The notes under the pieces were generated by a model. The model was not told where the DNA came from, did not search any database, and worked only from the letters and a program-made list of their open reading frames with translations. A stretch of DNA of 35,874 bases from a virus (Duplodnaviria > Caudoviricetes): positions 1 through 35,874 of the IMG/VR virus record IMGVR_UViG_3300025875_000070. The stretch is one strand, 5' to 3'. This document shows positions 7,257 through 16,094 of the stretch, piece by piece. Numbering within the stretch: position 1 is the first letter of the stretch; every line of letters begins with the position of its first letter. The position numbers and the translations under genes were made by a program.

Positions 7257-8308
7257 AATGCGGCCTCTAGGAAAGCCACTACCGTTTCCGCGTCGAGCGC
7301 GTTGCCGTAGGCGCGCAACTTGCCCACTCGGCCGGCAGGCGCATTAGCCAGCGGGAATGTTCCGGGTTCAACTGGCCTCCACTTTCCATCCCGGCAGAAA
7401 AGCCAATCTGCAGCACCCCGTCGGCTGTTAGGCGCATCGCGGTCGGCGTTCTCCATCCCGCCAGCACCGCCTGGCGCGGTAGCTGGTCCTGCCGCAGCGT
7501 CCCGTCGGCCCGCGGGGGCAGGTCGGTCGCCCCGTCCTTCCAATCCCGGCTGCTCGCTGTCGACCAGCCCGCTAGGGTCGCCGCTTGCGCCATATCCTGT
7601 GGCCCGCCCTTGCGCTCCATTTCCCGCGCCGCCCCCGCTTCCGTCCGTACGTTCTTGTCGCCGTCCGTCTGCCGCACCGTCGGCCACGCCGACAAAATAG
7701 AGCCGCTGGCGAATATGGTCGCCGTCATGTGCGCCAAGGTTTCCGCTAGCCCATGCGGCAAAATCAAGTAGCTGTCCGGCAACCATGGGGTCGGGGCAAT
7801 GACGTATGGCCCGCAATATCCATTCGTGCTGGGGGCTTTCGTGCCAGCTTTCCACGGGGAAGCCCGGAGCGCACAAATCTGCCGCCCCGACGGCGTAGCC
7901 CGCGCCTTCCAGGTCGTTTTGTACAAGATCGAGCCAAGCGAGCGCGCTTGTAACCTGCTCGCCAACGACGATTGCAGGGCGGCGCTGCGCGATGAGTTGG
8001 AACCACGCGGGCCACAGATGCCGCTCATCATCAAACCCAAGTTGCTGGCCTGCCGTGCTGAAAGGTTGGCAAGGGCAACTTCCCGTCCAAATTGGGCGAT
8101 CGTCTGGCCACCCAACTCGGCGCAGCGCATAGGGCCACACTCCAATTCCGGCGAAGAAGTGGCATTGCTCATAACCGTTCAAATCCTCGGGTTGCACGTC
8201 CAGTAGCGAACGCTCGTCTACGTCGCCTGCGGGCAAGTGCCCTGCGGCGATCAGGTTCCGCAGCCAAGCGGCGGCTTGCGGGTCGAATTCATTGTAGTAG
8301 GCGGGCAT
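7253..8308 (-). CDS. C5-cytosine DNA methyltransferase, alpha polypeptide
   Basis: Start MPAYYNEFD at 8308; HFFAGIG (motif I), GSCPCQPFS (IV), GEQV (VI), HIRQRLYFV (VIII), LRAYGNA (X). No motif IX in this frame. Confidence 0.92.
   Translation of the reverse strand: MPAYYNEFDPQAAAWLRNLIAAGHLPAGDVDERSLLDVQPEDLNGYEQCHFFAGIGVWPYALRRVGWPDDRPIWTGSCPCQPFSTAGQQLGFDDERHLWPAWFQLIAQRRPAIVVGEQVTSALAWLDLVQNDLEGAGYAVGAADLCAPGFPVESWHESPQHEWILRAIRHCPDPMVAGQLLDFAAWASGNLGAHDGDHIRQRLYFVGVADGAADGRRQERTDGSGGGAGNGAQGRATGYGASGDPSGLVDSEQPGLEGRGDRPAPAGRRDAAAGPATAPGGAGGMENADRDAPNSRRGAADWLFCRDGKWRPVEPGTFPLANAPAGRVGKLRAYGNALDAETVVAFLEAAL
7279..8172 (-). CDS. Overlapping-frame ORF; putative beta polypeptide of the C5-MTase (start uncertain)
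   Basis: Same-strand alternative frame nested in the MTase, with three W-x-T repeats ([25 protein letters not shown]) and motif IX-like [18 protein letters not shown]. Confidence 0.65.
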   Translation of the reverse strand: MSNATSSPELECGPMRCAELGGQTIAQFGREVALANLSARQASNLGLMMSGICGPRGSNSSRSAALQSSLASRLQARSLGSILYKTTWKARATPSGRQICALRASPWKAGTKAPSTNGYCGPYVIAPTPWLPDSYLILPHGLAETLAHMTATIFASGSILSAWPTVRQTDGDKNVRTEAGAAREMERKGGPQDMAQAATLAGWSTASSRDWKDGATDLPPRADGTLRQDQLPRQAVLAGWRTPTAMRLTADGVLQIGFSAGMESGGQLNPEHSRWLMRLPAEWASCAPTATRSTRKR

Positions 8309-8496
8309 TAAAGCACGCCCCCTTGCCGCAGGATAAAGCGCGCACCGTGCTCGGTCGTGGCGCCCCGTATCGCACCGGGGCGGCTTGCACCCCACTTGGC
8401 GAGCGTAGGCTTAAGCGCACGGCTGTTTGCGGCCAGTTCGGCTTTGAGCCGGTCGCGCTCGCGCAGCAGGCCCACCAGTTCGGTTGTTTCGTTCAT
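8308..8496 (-). CDS. Hypothetical protein
   Basis: Start MNETTEL at 8496 after AAGGAG; TAATG overlap with the MTase start. Confidence 0.7.
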   Translation of the reverse strand: MNETTELVGLLRERDRLKAELAANSRALKPTLAKWGASRPGAIRGATTEHGARFILRQGGVL

Positions 8497-8630
8497 AGCG
8501 GGAAAACTCCTTTTCCGTCGGGACATACCATTACGGCTACTACCCCGTGTTCGTATTCGTGCTCGTGCAGCGCCTGGGCGCAGCGGGGGCATTTGGATGC
8601 CAAGCGAGGCTGCGGCTCAACGGCTGGCAT
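8493..8630 (-). CDS. 45-aa putative zinc-binding peptide
   Basis: Below the track cutoff: MPAVEPQPRLASKCPRCAQALHEHEYEHGVVAVMVCPDGKGVFPL; ATGA overlap with the next gene. Confidence 0.55.
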   Translation of the reverse strand: MPAVEPQPRLASKCPRCAQALHEHEYEHGVVAVMVCPDGKGVFPL

Positions 8631-8835
8631 TGAACTTGCCTATATCCGCAAGGTACATCTGGATACCGTTTGCCCGCGCGCGCAGCCTGCGCGCTTCGTA
8701 AAGGATCTCGCGGGTTTCAACGCTGGAAGCGATGGTTTCGCCGCGGTCCCGGCGCGCGCTGGCGGCCCGCTCTAGCCCTTCGGCCTCGCATGACAGCATG
8801 AGGATACGTAGGCGCATGGTTTCAGCTTCGGTCAC
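8617..8835 (-). CDS. Hypothetical protein
   Basis: AGGAGG RBS and GTGA overlap. Confidence 0.7.
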   Translation of the reverse strand: MTEAETMRLRILMLSCEAEGLERAASARRDRGETIASSVETREILYEARRLRARANGIQMYLADIGKFNASR

Positions 8836-9023
8836 AGTAGGCCTCCTGCCCGGGCCGTAGCGCGCTCTAATTCGCGCTCGGCAAGTTCCAATCGTTGGCC
8901 CACGTAGCGCAGGCCGGCTTTGCCCCCGATCGGGGCGGCGTCTCGGGCGGTTTTAATGTCGTCTGCCAGGCGCGTTGTCAGCGCCAGAATTTCGTGCAGC
9001 CGGATCACAAGCTTGCGGTTCAT
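8832..9023 (-). CDS. Hypothetical protein
   Basis: Start MNRKLV at 9023 via ATGA overlap; helical. Confidence 0.65.
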   Translation of the reverse strand: MNRKLVIRLHEILALTTRLADDIKTARDAAPIGGKAGLRYVGQRLELAERELERATARAGGLL

Positions 9024-9274
9024 ACTTCTAACCTTTCGAAGCGGAACCCCGACGCATGGTAGGGGCTCGGGCTGGCGGTGGTGATGTAGCGTTTGCCCCA
9101 TTCCTCGCGACCGTCGGCGCCGAACCGGGCCACGTCCACGCTTGCTTCGTGGCGCTTGGCGAGCCGGCCGGCTTTGGCCCTAGCCGCGCCGTCACTCGCG
9201 CAGCCGTGGAATTGGGTGCTTTCGGCCCCTTCGTCGGGAAAGAGCCGAAATTCGTAGTAATAGGGGCCGCTCAT
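9020..9274 (-). CDS. Hypothetical protein
   Basis: GGAGG RBS and ATGA overlaps on both sides. Confidence 0.7.
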   Translation of the reverse strand: MSGPYYYEFRLFPDEGAESTQFHGCASDGAARAKAGRLAKRHEASVDVARFGADGREEWGKRYITTASPSPYHASGFRFERLEV

Positions 9275-9612
9275 GATTGCATGCCCTCCAAAAAGGTGAT
9301 GGTCGATTGCGAAAGGCGCAGGGCGTCGGCCTTGGCTACCCGCATAGCGGTAAGGATCGGTTGCCTCCCGTGGCCGTTCTCATAGCGGCGCTGCAGGTGG
9401 GGTGCCCATGCTGCGTCGCCCATGCGCTCGCTATCGGTAAAGACGCGGGCGGCGGCGAGGCCACAAACGTACGGCCGGTCGGGGTCGTCGTCGGTGAAGC
9501 CCAGGGTAAGGCCGGTCGCGGTAAACGAAAGAACGCTGCCGGTTTCTTCCAGGGCTTCTAGGACGGCGTGCCCCGCGCGAATGGTGGCGAGAATGTCGGT
9601 TGCGTCGCCCAT
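9271..9612 (-). CDS. Hypothetical protein, first gene of the operon leading to the modification cluster
   Basis: Start MGDATD at 9612 after GGAG. Confidence 0.7.
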   Translation of the reverse strand: MGDATDILATIRAGHAVLEALEETGSVLSFTATGLTLGFTDDDPDRPYVCGLAAARVFTDSERMGDAAWAPHLQRRYENGHGRQPILTAMRVAKADALRLSQSTITFLEGMQS

Positions 9613-9656
9613 TTGCTTTTCTCCAAAAGCGTTGCGTTGCACCCTCAATACAGGAA

Positions 9657-9672
9657 TTGACGGCCCCGTCAA
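9657..9672 (-). promoter_or_regulatory. Palindromic operator/-35 (copy 4)
   Basis: TTGACGGCCCCGTCAA with perfect 7-bp arms; on the - strand TTGACG-16 nt-TATTGA. Confidence 0.75.
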
Positions 9673-9676
9673 CAAC

Positions 9677-9702
9677 AAAAAACGCCCCGCTTTCGCAGGG
9701 CG
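9677..9702 (-). terminator. Intrinsic terminator
   Basis: On the - strand CGCCCTGC-GAAA-GCGGGGCG followed by TTTTTT, downstream of ORF 9735..9929. Confidence 0.85.
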
Positions 9703-9734
9703 CCTTTCGTACCGGTATGGGGGCGGAATTGGCC

Positions 9735-9929
9735 CTAGGTAGCGGCGGCGATCGTGGCCGGTTCCAGCATGGACGGCCGAACCGAATAGCTGGTGTCCTT
9801 GTCGACCCGCACCAGGACGTAGGCGCCTCGGCCACCCTGCTTGACGCTTTCCACGGTGCCGGCGAAAGTCTTGCCGTTAAGCGTGCGGCCGTTCACGACC
9901 ATGCCCTTGACAACTTCAGAAGTCTGCAT
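9735..9929 (-). CDS. Small beta-rich (SH3/KOW-like) hypothetical protein in a monocistronic unit
   Basis: Has its own promoter/operator and terminator; AAAGG RBS. Confidence 0.7.
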   Translation of the reverse strand: MQTSEVVKGMVVNGRTLNGKTFAGTVESVKQGGRGAYVLVRVDKDTSYSVRPSMLEPATIAAAT

Positions 9930-9972
9930 TTCAAAACCTTTCTGTTAACGGGACAGCCGCCTTAAATGGAAA

Positions 9973-9988
9973 GTGACCGTCCCGTCAA
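9973..9988 (-). promoter_or_regulatory. Palindromic operator/-35 (copy 5, degenerate)
   Basis: GTGACCGTCCCGTCAA; on the - strand TTGACG-18 nt-TAAGGC. Confidence 0.6.
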
Positions 9989-9994
9989 TGGCTT

Positions 9995-12649
9995 TTAGAG
10001 CCAGGCGCCGCCGATCGGGCCAGCGCCACCCGGAGCCGGGTAGAACTTCGGGCCCGACCCCCAATTGAAGCCGAATTCGCCGCGGTACTGATCGGCATTG
10101 CCCACCAGGAACAGCGAGGGCGGTTGCCCTGTGACGCCCTCGCCGTGCAGGCCAATATCCAGCTTGCCGTTGGTCACGTCGGTGAACAGCGCCGGGTCGG
10201 TAACGCGGGTGGTCGTATCGAGCCACATTCCGCCGAAGTCCGCATTAAAGCCGCCTAGTACGACCGGCGCGATCCGGCGCCAGCCAACCGCCTGCCCCGT
10301 GCCCCATTCGAGCGACCCCGCTCCGGCGGGCGAGCCATTGCGACGAACCGTGACGCCCGTTGACACGCTCGCTTCGGCCATGTCCCACGAAAAGAACATG
10401 GCGTTGTCGGTATTCAGCGGCAGCGCCGTTGACTTGATGCGAGCAATGCGAGCGTTTGCCGCATTTCGCAGCACGATACGCATATGTCGATCAGGGTGCA
10501 GTTCGATTTGCAAGCCGCCCGAGTTGAACAACGTTACGATGGACGAAGGCGCTTCGGAGAGGCGCACATTGGGTAGGTATAGCGACCCTTGCATGCTGTC
10601 CGTATCCGCCAGGCGCTTGTCGCTGGCGGTGGCGTACCTAGCCCCACCGGTGAACTGCACGACCGGGTAGGTGGCCGTTGGTTCGGTAAACGCTGCCGGT
10701 TCGGCCGTATTGACGACAGGCACCACGAACGGCTGCACGGGCGTTTGATAAACGGCGCTTACCAGGGCGGTGCCGACATATTCAACGCTTGCCGTCTGTC
10801 CGTACTCGGCAACGGGCACCACCAGGCCCACATTCGAGCGGAACACACCCGCAAACGCGCTTACCCATGAGCCCGCATGCTTGCCCACCGGGGGCGGCGC
10901 GATTTCGGCTGGCACCACTTCGCCATTAATCCGCACCACAAAATCCGCTGGCGAAAGCACCACGTCCTCGCGCAACGTATTGTCGAAAATGATCCACAGC
11001 GCATCGCCGCGCCATTTGGCAATTACGGGCTTAGGTGCGGCCAGGTCCTTGGGCGTGGCAGGCCACAGGGCCTCGGCGATCCGACGACGGAAGGGCACGA
11101 TAACTTCGCCGGCCGTCAAGCTGCCGTTCCAGCGGTTAAGCCAGGTATCGAGCGACCGGTAAACGTTCTGGTATTTCCACAATTCCTCATGGTTCCAAAG
11201 CGCACGGCCCCCCTCGACCAGCATTGCGGCCGCAACCCCGTGAATGCTGTTGATGGTGCAAATATCACGATACGGAATGTCGATATTGCTCCCCGACATG
11301 ACCGGGTCGAAGTCGGGCGCTATGTCGTAGCTGCCCTGCATGTACTGCAAGTACGGGTCTTTCCGCCGATCGGCCGTGGACCCATCGCCGCCAACTTCCA
11401 CATAGCGTTGATCGATGAAGTACAGGAACTTGTCCTCGGGCATTACCGGGTTTTGCTTGTAGTCGCACATGGCCTGCATCTCTGCCAGTTTGGCCGCTCG
11501 CTCGGGCGTATCAGTTGCGTTGCGCAGCGCCGCTACGCAAGCAATCATGGCCGGCTTGCGGAACGCCGCGCCATTGCCGCCGCGCAGGCCCCCGCTAACC
11601 GGGTCGCCCCCTTCCATGGCGCGCTCATGTGAGTCGATCGCGAACGGCCAAAGCACGTTCAGGATCGCCACCTTTTCGGCTGGGGTGAAGTCGAAGTGGA
11701 GCGCCGCCACGGCATCGCAGACAACTTGCGCATGATCGCGCGGGTAGCCGGCGTCGCCATTCACGTCGCCAGGGGCCACGTTCGGGGCGCCAATCGTGTT
11801 GGTGAACTGCAGAGCCCACGGACTGCGCAGGCGGTTCACGATCGTTTCGAACGATGGCATGCCTTCCACTTTGGGGAGGCTCTTGAATACCGATAAATCC
11901 CAATCGCTTTCGGTAAAGAAGGATTGCTTGCTGGGCGCGGCAACGCCTGGACGCAGCGCGCCGGGCAGCGGGCGGGAGGGCACAACAGTAAGGATCGCGG
12001 CGGCCACACCGCCGGGGCGTTGCGCATCGTACGGGCGGCGGCGCCCCTCCGTGCCGTCAGGCGACACGAACTTGTAAACGGTGCCTTCGTCGATGGCCAG
12101 CGGAACGCCAGTAGCGCCTGGGTCGACGTTCAGCACGTGGTCGTAGGCGACCGAATTCAGGTTGGTGATGGTCGGAATACCATGCAGGCCTTGTAACTGG
12201 TTGTCCTTGTTGCGCGCTTTGCTGCCCGCATACTTAGCGCTGCCGGGGTCAACCTGCGTCCCATGCACCCACCGGTTCGAATATGTCTTGCCGCTGGAAT
12301 AGGAGCCAGACGCCTGGTAGCTTTCGGGCGCGATCGTGGGAAGGGTGACAGGCCCGACGGCCCATGGATCGCCGTTCGCGTATTGGCCAGTCGGGTACGC
12401 CTGGTCGAACTGAAATGTGATCGTATTTGACGACACGCTGGTATTGAGATTTTCGCGCGCGTCTAGTTCGGCGAGCACTTCGGCAATACGCTGTTCTGCA
12501 GTCGTCACGCCGGTGTCGGCATAGCCGAGAAGTCCTAAAACCTCGCCTACCACTTGGGAAAGGCGAGTTTCGACGGTGTCGATAGTGGTGCGCGCGGTTT
12601 CGAGCGCGGCGGCGGCTTCGGTAAGGGGGACGCGGGTATTATCCGGCAT
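9995..12649 (-). CDS. 884-aa multidomain protein; putative tailspike, depolymerase or adhesin
   Basis: N-terminal coiled coil, a TFQFD...GQYANGDPWAVGPV beta region, a helical core, a SwmB-like segment (LWIIFDNTL...PADFVVRING) and a beta-rich lectin-like C-terminus; AGGAG RBS. The ORF is solid; the function is a guess. Confidence 0.45.
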   Translation of the reverse strand: MPDNTRVPLTEAAAALETARTTIDTVETRLSQVVGEVLGLLGYADTGVTTAEQRIAEVLAELDARENLNTSVSSNTITFQFDQAYPTGQYANGDPWAVGPVTLPTIAPESYQASGSYSSGKTYSNRWVHGTQVDPGSAKYAGSKARNKDNQLQGLHGIPTITNLNSVAYDHVLNVDPGATGVPLAIDEGTVYKFVSPDGTEGRRRPYDAQRPGGVAAAILTVVPSRPLPGALRPGVAAPSKQSFFTESDWDLSVFKSLPKVEGMPSFETIVNRLRSPWALQFTNTIGAPNVAPGDVNGDAGYPRDHAQVVCDAVAALHFDFTPAEKVAILNVLWPFAIDSHERAMEGGDPVSGGLRGGNGAAFRKPAMIACVAALRNATDTPERAAKLAEMQAMCDYKQNPVMPEDKFLYFIDQRYVEVGGDGSTADRRKDPYLQYMQGSYDIAPDFDPVMSGSNIDIPYRDICTINSIHGVAAAMLVEGGRALWNHEELWKYQNVYRSLDTWLNRWNGSLTAGEVIVPFRRRIAEALWPATPKDLAAPKPVIAKWRGDALWIIFDNTLREDVVLSPADFVVRINGEVVPAEIAPPPVGKHAGSWVSAFAGVFRSNVGLVVPVAEYGQTASVEYVGTALVSAVYQTPVQPFVVPVVNTAEPAAFTEPTATYPVVQFTGGARYATASDKRLADTDSMQGSLYLPNVRLSEAPSSIVTLFNSGGLQIELHPDRHMRIVLRNAANARIARIKSTALPLNTDNAMFFSWDMAEASVSTGVTVRRNGSPAGAGSLEWGTGQAVGWRRIAPVVLGGFNADFGGMWLDTTTRVTDPALFTDVTNGKLDIGLHGEGVTGQPPSLFLVGNADQYRGEFGFNWGSGPKFYPAPGGAGPIGGAWL

Positions 12650-12679
12650 GGGAATAGGCTCCTATGGATGCGAACCGGT

Positions 12680-12708
12680 AGCCTACCCCTTACGCCGCGC
12701 CCAATCAA
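12680..12708 (-). promoter_or_regulatory. Putative promoter of the 884-aa gene, lacking the palindromic operator
   Basis: TTGATT-17 nt-TAGGCT. Confidence 0.45.
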
Positions 12709-15134
12709 CCGCCGAAAGCGGTTTCCGCATCCCCAGCGCTGCCGCTCGCCTGGTCCGCTTGGTAGCGTTTAGCAATTGTTGCCGCGTCGGTAAGTTGGCC
12801 CACCAGATGCCCTTGTCGGATGAATAGCCGCGGCTTGGCATTGTCCGGCTGCACTGTGTTGTTTACGCGGCCATCATGCAGGTTCGGGTGGTAGTCGTAC
12901 CCTAGCCGCTGCATCATTTCGCGGCGCTTGGTGCGGGGGACGGACACGCGAATGCGGTCTAGCAGATCGTCAATTGCTTTGCTTGAGACCCAACCGTTGG
13001 CGAAGCCAGGGCGGCCCTGTTCGACCGCTTCCATAATCTCTTGCTCGGCACGGCCGCGGCTGGCCACTAGGGCTGCGGCGGTACTGCTGGTCTCGGGCGC
13101 TCGCATGCAAAGCCCGGCGGGATTGAATTCCTCGGCGGGCACAAAGTCGCGCAAAAACTGGTTCACCACCGCAAACCCGTAATTAGGGCCCAGCTTGGCG
13201 TACTCATTGCGCCCATACAGCCAGTCGTAAAGGTCGGGAAAATAGCGCCCGTCCATGCCGTCGCGGCGCATGTCGTCGGCCGTTTGCTGCCCGGTGTAAA
13301 AGATCGCATATCGCCGGCTGTCGACGTTGACCGGCACGCCGTCCGCGTGGTTCGTCAACATGATGCCATTGCAGCGATTATCCCCGGTGAATTCGTCCAG
13401 GCCCTTCTTTTCGATCGGCAGGCGGTCGTTTGTGACGTACGCCTTGAACTGTTCCAGAAAGTCGCGGCGATGGGCCACGTAAATTTCCTCAAGCCCGATG
13501 AATAGGTTCCCCTGGACCCACCCGTTAAAATTGATCCCTTTCGACGCCATTTTTTGCGGGTCGACCAGATGCGTATAGCGGTTGCCCACCGCGAACGACA
13601 GCGCGCGCAGGATCAGCGTTTTGCCGTTGCCCTCCGCGCCCTGCAGCACGGGCCACCATTGGAACTTATGGCCCGGGCTTTGGACCAGCGCAGCCATATA
13701 CGAAAGCAAAATGGCCCGGTCGCGCTCGTTGGGCAGAAGCTTGGCAAGGAACCCGGTGAACTTGCCCGCATCGCCCCCCACGCGCAGCGTCTCAATAGGC
13801 ACGTAGGTGTTCAGCAGTATTTGCCCCTCTTCGTGGATCAGGGCGCCGCTTGGCTGCTCGGGCCGGAAGCAAAGGGCGTGGCAATGTGGCGGCTGGTAGA
13901 CCCGATTTTGGGTGAACGCCTGGTACGCGTTGTCTGTTGTCTTTTGCCCTTCGCCATCCATCACGAACAGGAACCCGCCGTAAATGGCGTTGAAGCGGGA
14001 TTGGTTCACCATGCCGCCGTCGGGCAGGTAAATCTTGTCGTCCGCCCGTACGTACACGCAGCCGGCGAAATAGCTTAGCTGGTCGTGAACCCCCATAAAG
14101 CCATTCGACCCGTCCCGCGTGCGCATACCCGCCTGCTCGATTTTTTCAGCGGGGACGGGCTCGGCTAAAGGGGCGCTACACCCCGTCGCAACCTCGCTGG
14201 ATACGCTGCACGCACGCTGGATGGTGCGCGGCAGGTAATAGCCGCCTCGGGCTTCCCACTTATCGCGGACCAGGCCCGAGAGGTACATAAGGTCGCGGAT
14301 GCGCTCGCAGTTCTTGCCGGTCCAGAAAGCAAGGTGCGCAGCTAGGGCGGCATCGGCGCTGGACGCGTCGTAAGCCCCGGTGGTGCTGTCGGGCCAGCGC
14401 GCGGCCAGGGCATCCGTGTTGCCTTCCCACAAGTCGCGGAATGTGACGGTGCCCGACGCGGCGCCACCGAATGCGGCTGCAGCCGATCGGTCGCCAGAGG
14501 CCAGCGCGCGCCGTATCAGGTCGTCGTCGGCTTGCGGCCCGTCCCACCCTTCAACGGGCTCGCTGGTCCAGTCGTCGGGGCCGTGCGTTGCCTTGGCGGT
14601 CGGATTAAACAGGGCGGGCACCGCTACGGCAAGCGCGGCGGTATGGTCGGTTGCGGCATTGCCAACGGCGTTCAGCCCCGTGAGCGCGGCAAATCGCAAT
14701 TCGTGGTAGAGTTCTAGGCTCAGCGGGATATTCTTGCACGAATGCTCGGGCACGTCGCCAGTGCCGATGATATGTAGCCCGGTGCCAGACTGTGAGACTT
14801 CCACCGCGGCACCAGCAAAACGCTGGCATAGTTCAACAGCGATCGACGACCACGTGCCGTCGGTTTGCAGTGCGCCGTCAATGTCAAGAAAAAAGAATGG
14901 ATCGTCAGGGGTAAACACAAAGCCTACGCCTTGCCCGTGTCCCGCGCGCACCGCGTCCGCGCATTCCTGAAAGCTACCCCAAGTTGCGGGGTCGTGGGCG
15001 CTGGTGACTTTGCCGTTCCGCCAATCGCACGGCAGCTTATCCATTTTCCCCGGCCGGGCGCTCGGGACAAGCCGCCACGTGACGAACTGCGGCCAGACGG
15101 CCAGCGGCTCCAGGGCGGGGGGTAGCTGTTGCAT
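12705..15134 (-). CDS. Primase-polymerase/helicase fusion (NrS-1-type prim-pol, helix bundle, SF3/DUF5906 helicase)
   Basis: FLDID and EVSQSGTGLHI (AEP prim-pol); DASSADAALAAHLAFWTG...SGLVRDKW (helix bundle); Walker A GAEGNGKT, Walker B IGLEE and MLTN. Confidence 0.9.
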   Translation of the reverse strand: MQQLPPALEPLAVWPQFVTWRLVPSARPGKMDKLPCDWRNGKVTSAHDPATWGSFQECADAVRAGHGQGVGFVFTPDDPFFFLDIDGALQTDGTWSSIAVELCQRFAGAAVEVSQSGTGLHIIGTGDVPEHSCKNIPLSLELYHELRFAALTGLNAVGNAATDHTAALAVAVPALFNPTAKATHGPDDWTSEPVEGWDGPQADDDLIRRALASGDRSAAAAFGGAASGTVTFRDLWEGNTDALAARWPDSTTGAYDASSADAALAAHLAFWTGKNCERIRDLMYLSGLVRDKWEARGGYYLPRTIQRACSVSSEVATGCSAPLAEPVPAEKIEQAGMRTRDGSNGFMGVHDQLSYFAGCVYVRADDKIYLPDGGMVNQSRFNAIYGGFLFVMDGEGQKTTDNAYQAFTQNRVYQPPHCHALCFRPEQPSGALIHEEGQILLNTYVPIETLRVGGDAGKFTGFLAKLLPNERDRAILLSYMAALVQSPGHKFQWWPVLQGAEGNGKTLILRALSFAVGNRYTHLVDPQKMASKGINFNGWVQGNLFIGLEEIYVAHRRDFLEQFKAYVTNDRLPIEKKGLDEFTGDNRCNGIMLTNHADGVPVNVDSRRYAIFYTGQQTADDMRRDGMDGRYFPDLYDWLYGRNEYAKLGPNYGFAVVNQFLRDFVPAEEFNPAGLCMRAPETSSTAAALVASRGRAEQEIMEAVEQGRPGFANGWVSSKAIDDLLDRIRVSVPRTKRREMMQRLGYDYHPNLHDGRVNNTVQPDNAKPRLFIRQGHLVGQLTDAATIAKRYQADQASGSAGDAETAFGG

Positions 15135-15191
15135 GGGCGCGTGTTACCTTTCGCGGGTTGCCCCGCGTTATTCTAACCGACAGGGGCGGGC

Positions 15192-15491
15192 TTACGCGAC
15201 TAGCGCAGCAAGGGCGTCGCGCTTAAGATCCTCGGGCGCGCGGCGCGCGGCGGGATGGCCAGCCGCCAGCCCTTGCCCGACAATCTCCACTAGGCCTTCG
15301 TCGACGGCGTGAGCCATCACAGCATCGCGCAGAGCGTCCATGTTGCCAAACGCGTTATTGACGCTGCCCGCAGCTACGCCTGCCCGCGTGGCAACCAGGT
15401 CGCGGGTTATGTTCGCGAACCCCCGCTCCTGGGCCAGTTCGATCGCTGCGGACAGGACCGCACGATTTCGATTTTCGACTTTTTCACTCAT
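15192..15491 (-). CDS. Short TetR-family HTH transcriptional regulator
   Basis: RAVLSAAIELAQERGFANITRDLVATRAGVAAGSVNNAFGNMDALRDAV matches the TetR N-terminal HTH; 99 aa in total. Confidence 0.85.
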   Translation of the reverse strand: MSEKVENRNRAVLSAAIELAQERGFANITRDLVATRAGVAAGSVNNAFGNMDALRDAVMAHAVDEGLVEIVGQGLAAGHPAARRAPEDLKRDALAALVA

Positions 15492-15529
15492 GGGGGAACC
15501 CGTCCTCTTTTGTCATGCTATGGTGAGTT

Positions 15530-15545
15530 TTGACGGCCCGGTCAA
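15530..15545 (-). promoter_or_regulatory. Palindromic operator/-35 (copy 6), promoter of the TetR-like and primase genes
   Basis: TTGACGGCCCGGTCAA; on the - strand TTGACC-17 nt-CATAGC. Confidence 0.75.
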
Positions 15546-15603
15546 GACGGGTCTCGATAATAGGCCAGTACTCGGGCGTCATTTCCGCGTCACAGTTCGT
15601 AAT

Positions 15604-16083
15604 TCATGCCAAGCCTTCCGCACTATTCGCGAACCGGGCGTACGCCCCGTCGACCGCCGCCAGCGCAAGGAAACGCTGTTGAGCTTGCTCGCGAGCGTCG
15701 CCCTTGAACGTCCAGCCCGCGTGCTTGACTTCGATTGCCACAAATTGCGCAATGGTGGCGCCGATATGTTCGGGGGCGATTGTGAGGCGTCGCCAGCCGA
15801 TAAGGTCGCTCGACTTAAGCTGATCGTTCAAGGCCTTGCTGTCGTTGGCCAGCCCGTACCGCACCGGCACGCCCCGTTCGTCTTTTAGCGCGCCCACATT
15901 GTTGCGGAACAGGCGCATAGCGTAGCGGGGCGCAGCCAAGCGAATTTCCGATTGCACGCGGCTTTCGCTGCTGTTGCCGGCGGGCTCCGCATCGGCACCA
16001 AGCACGGCGGCCAGATCCGCCAACGCCTGGTCGGAAATACGGTGGCGCAGGGCCCAGGTGCGAAGTTCTATTGCAATTGCCAT
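15604..16083 (-). CDS. VRR-NUC domain nuclease (putative Holliday junction resolvase)
   Basis: SESRVQSEI, LFRNNVG, SSDLIG, FVAIEVK and QQRFL. Confidence 0.85.
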   Translation of the reverse strand: MAIAIELRTWALRHRISDQALADLAAVLGADAEPAGNSSESRVQSEIRLAAPRYAMRLFRNNVGALKDERGVPVRYGLANDSKALNDQLKSSDLIGWRRLTIAPEHIGATIAQFVAIEVKHAGWTFKGDAREQAQQRFLALAAVDGAYARFANSAEGLA

Positions 16084-16094
16084 TTGTTGCGGTC

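Noticed and set aside
12654-12665. ATAGG-CT-CCTAT inverted repeat covering the RBS of the 884-aa gene
   Set aside because: A 5-bp stem with a 2-nt loop is too weak to claim translational control.
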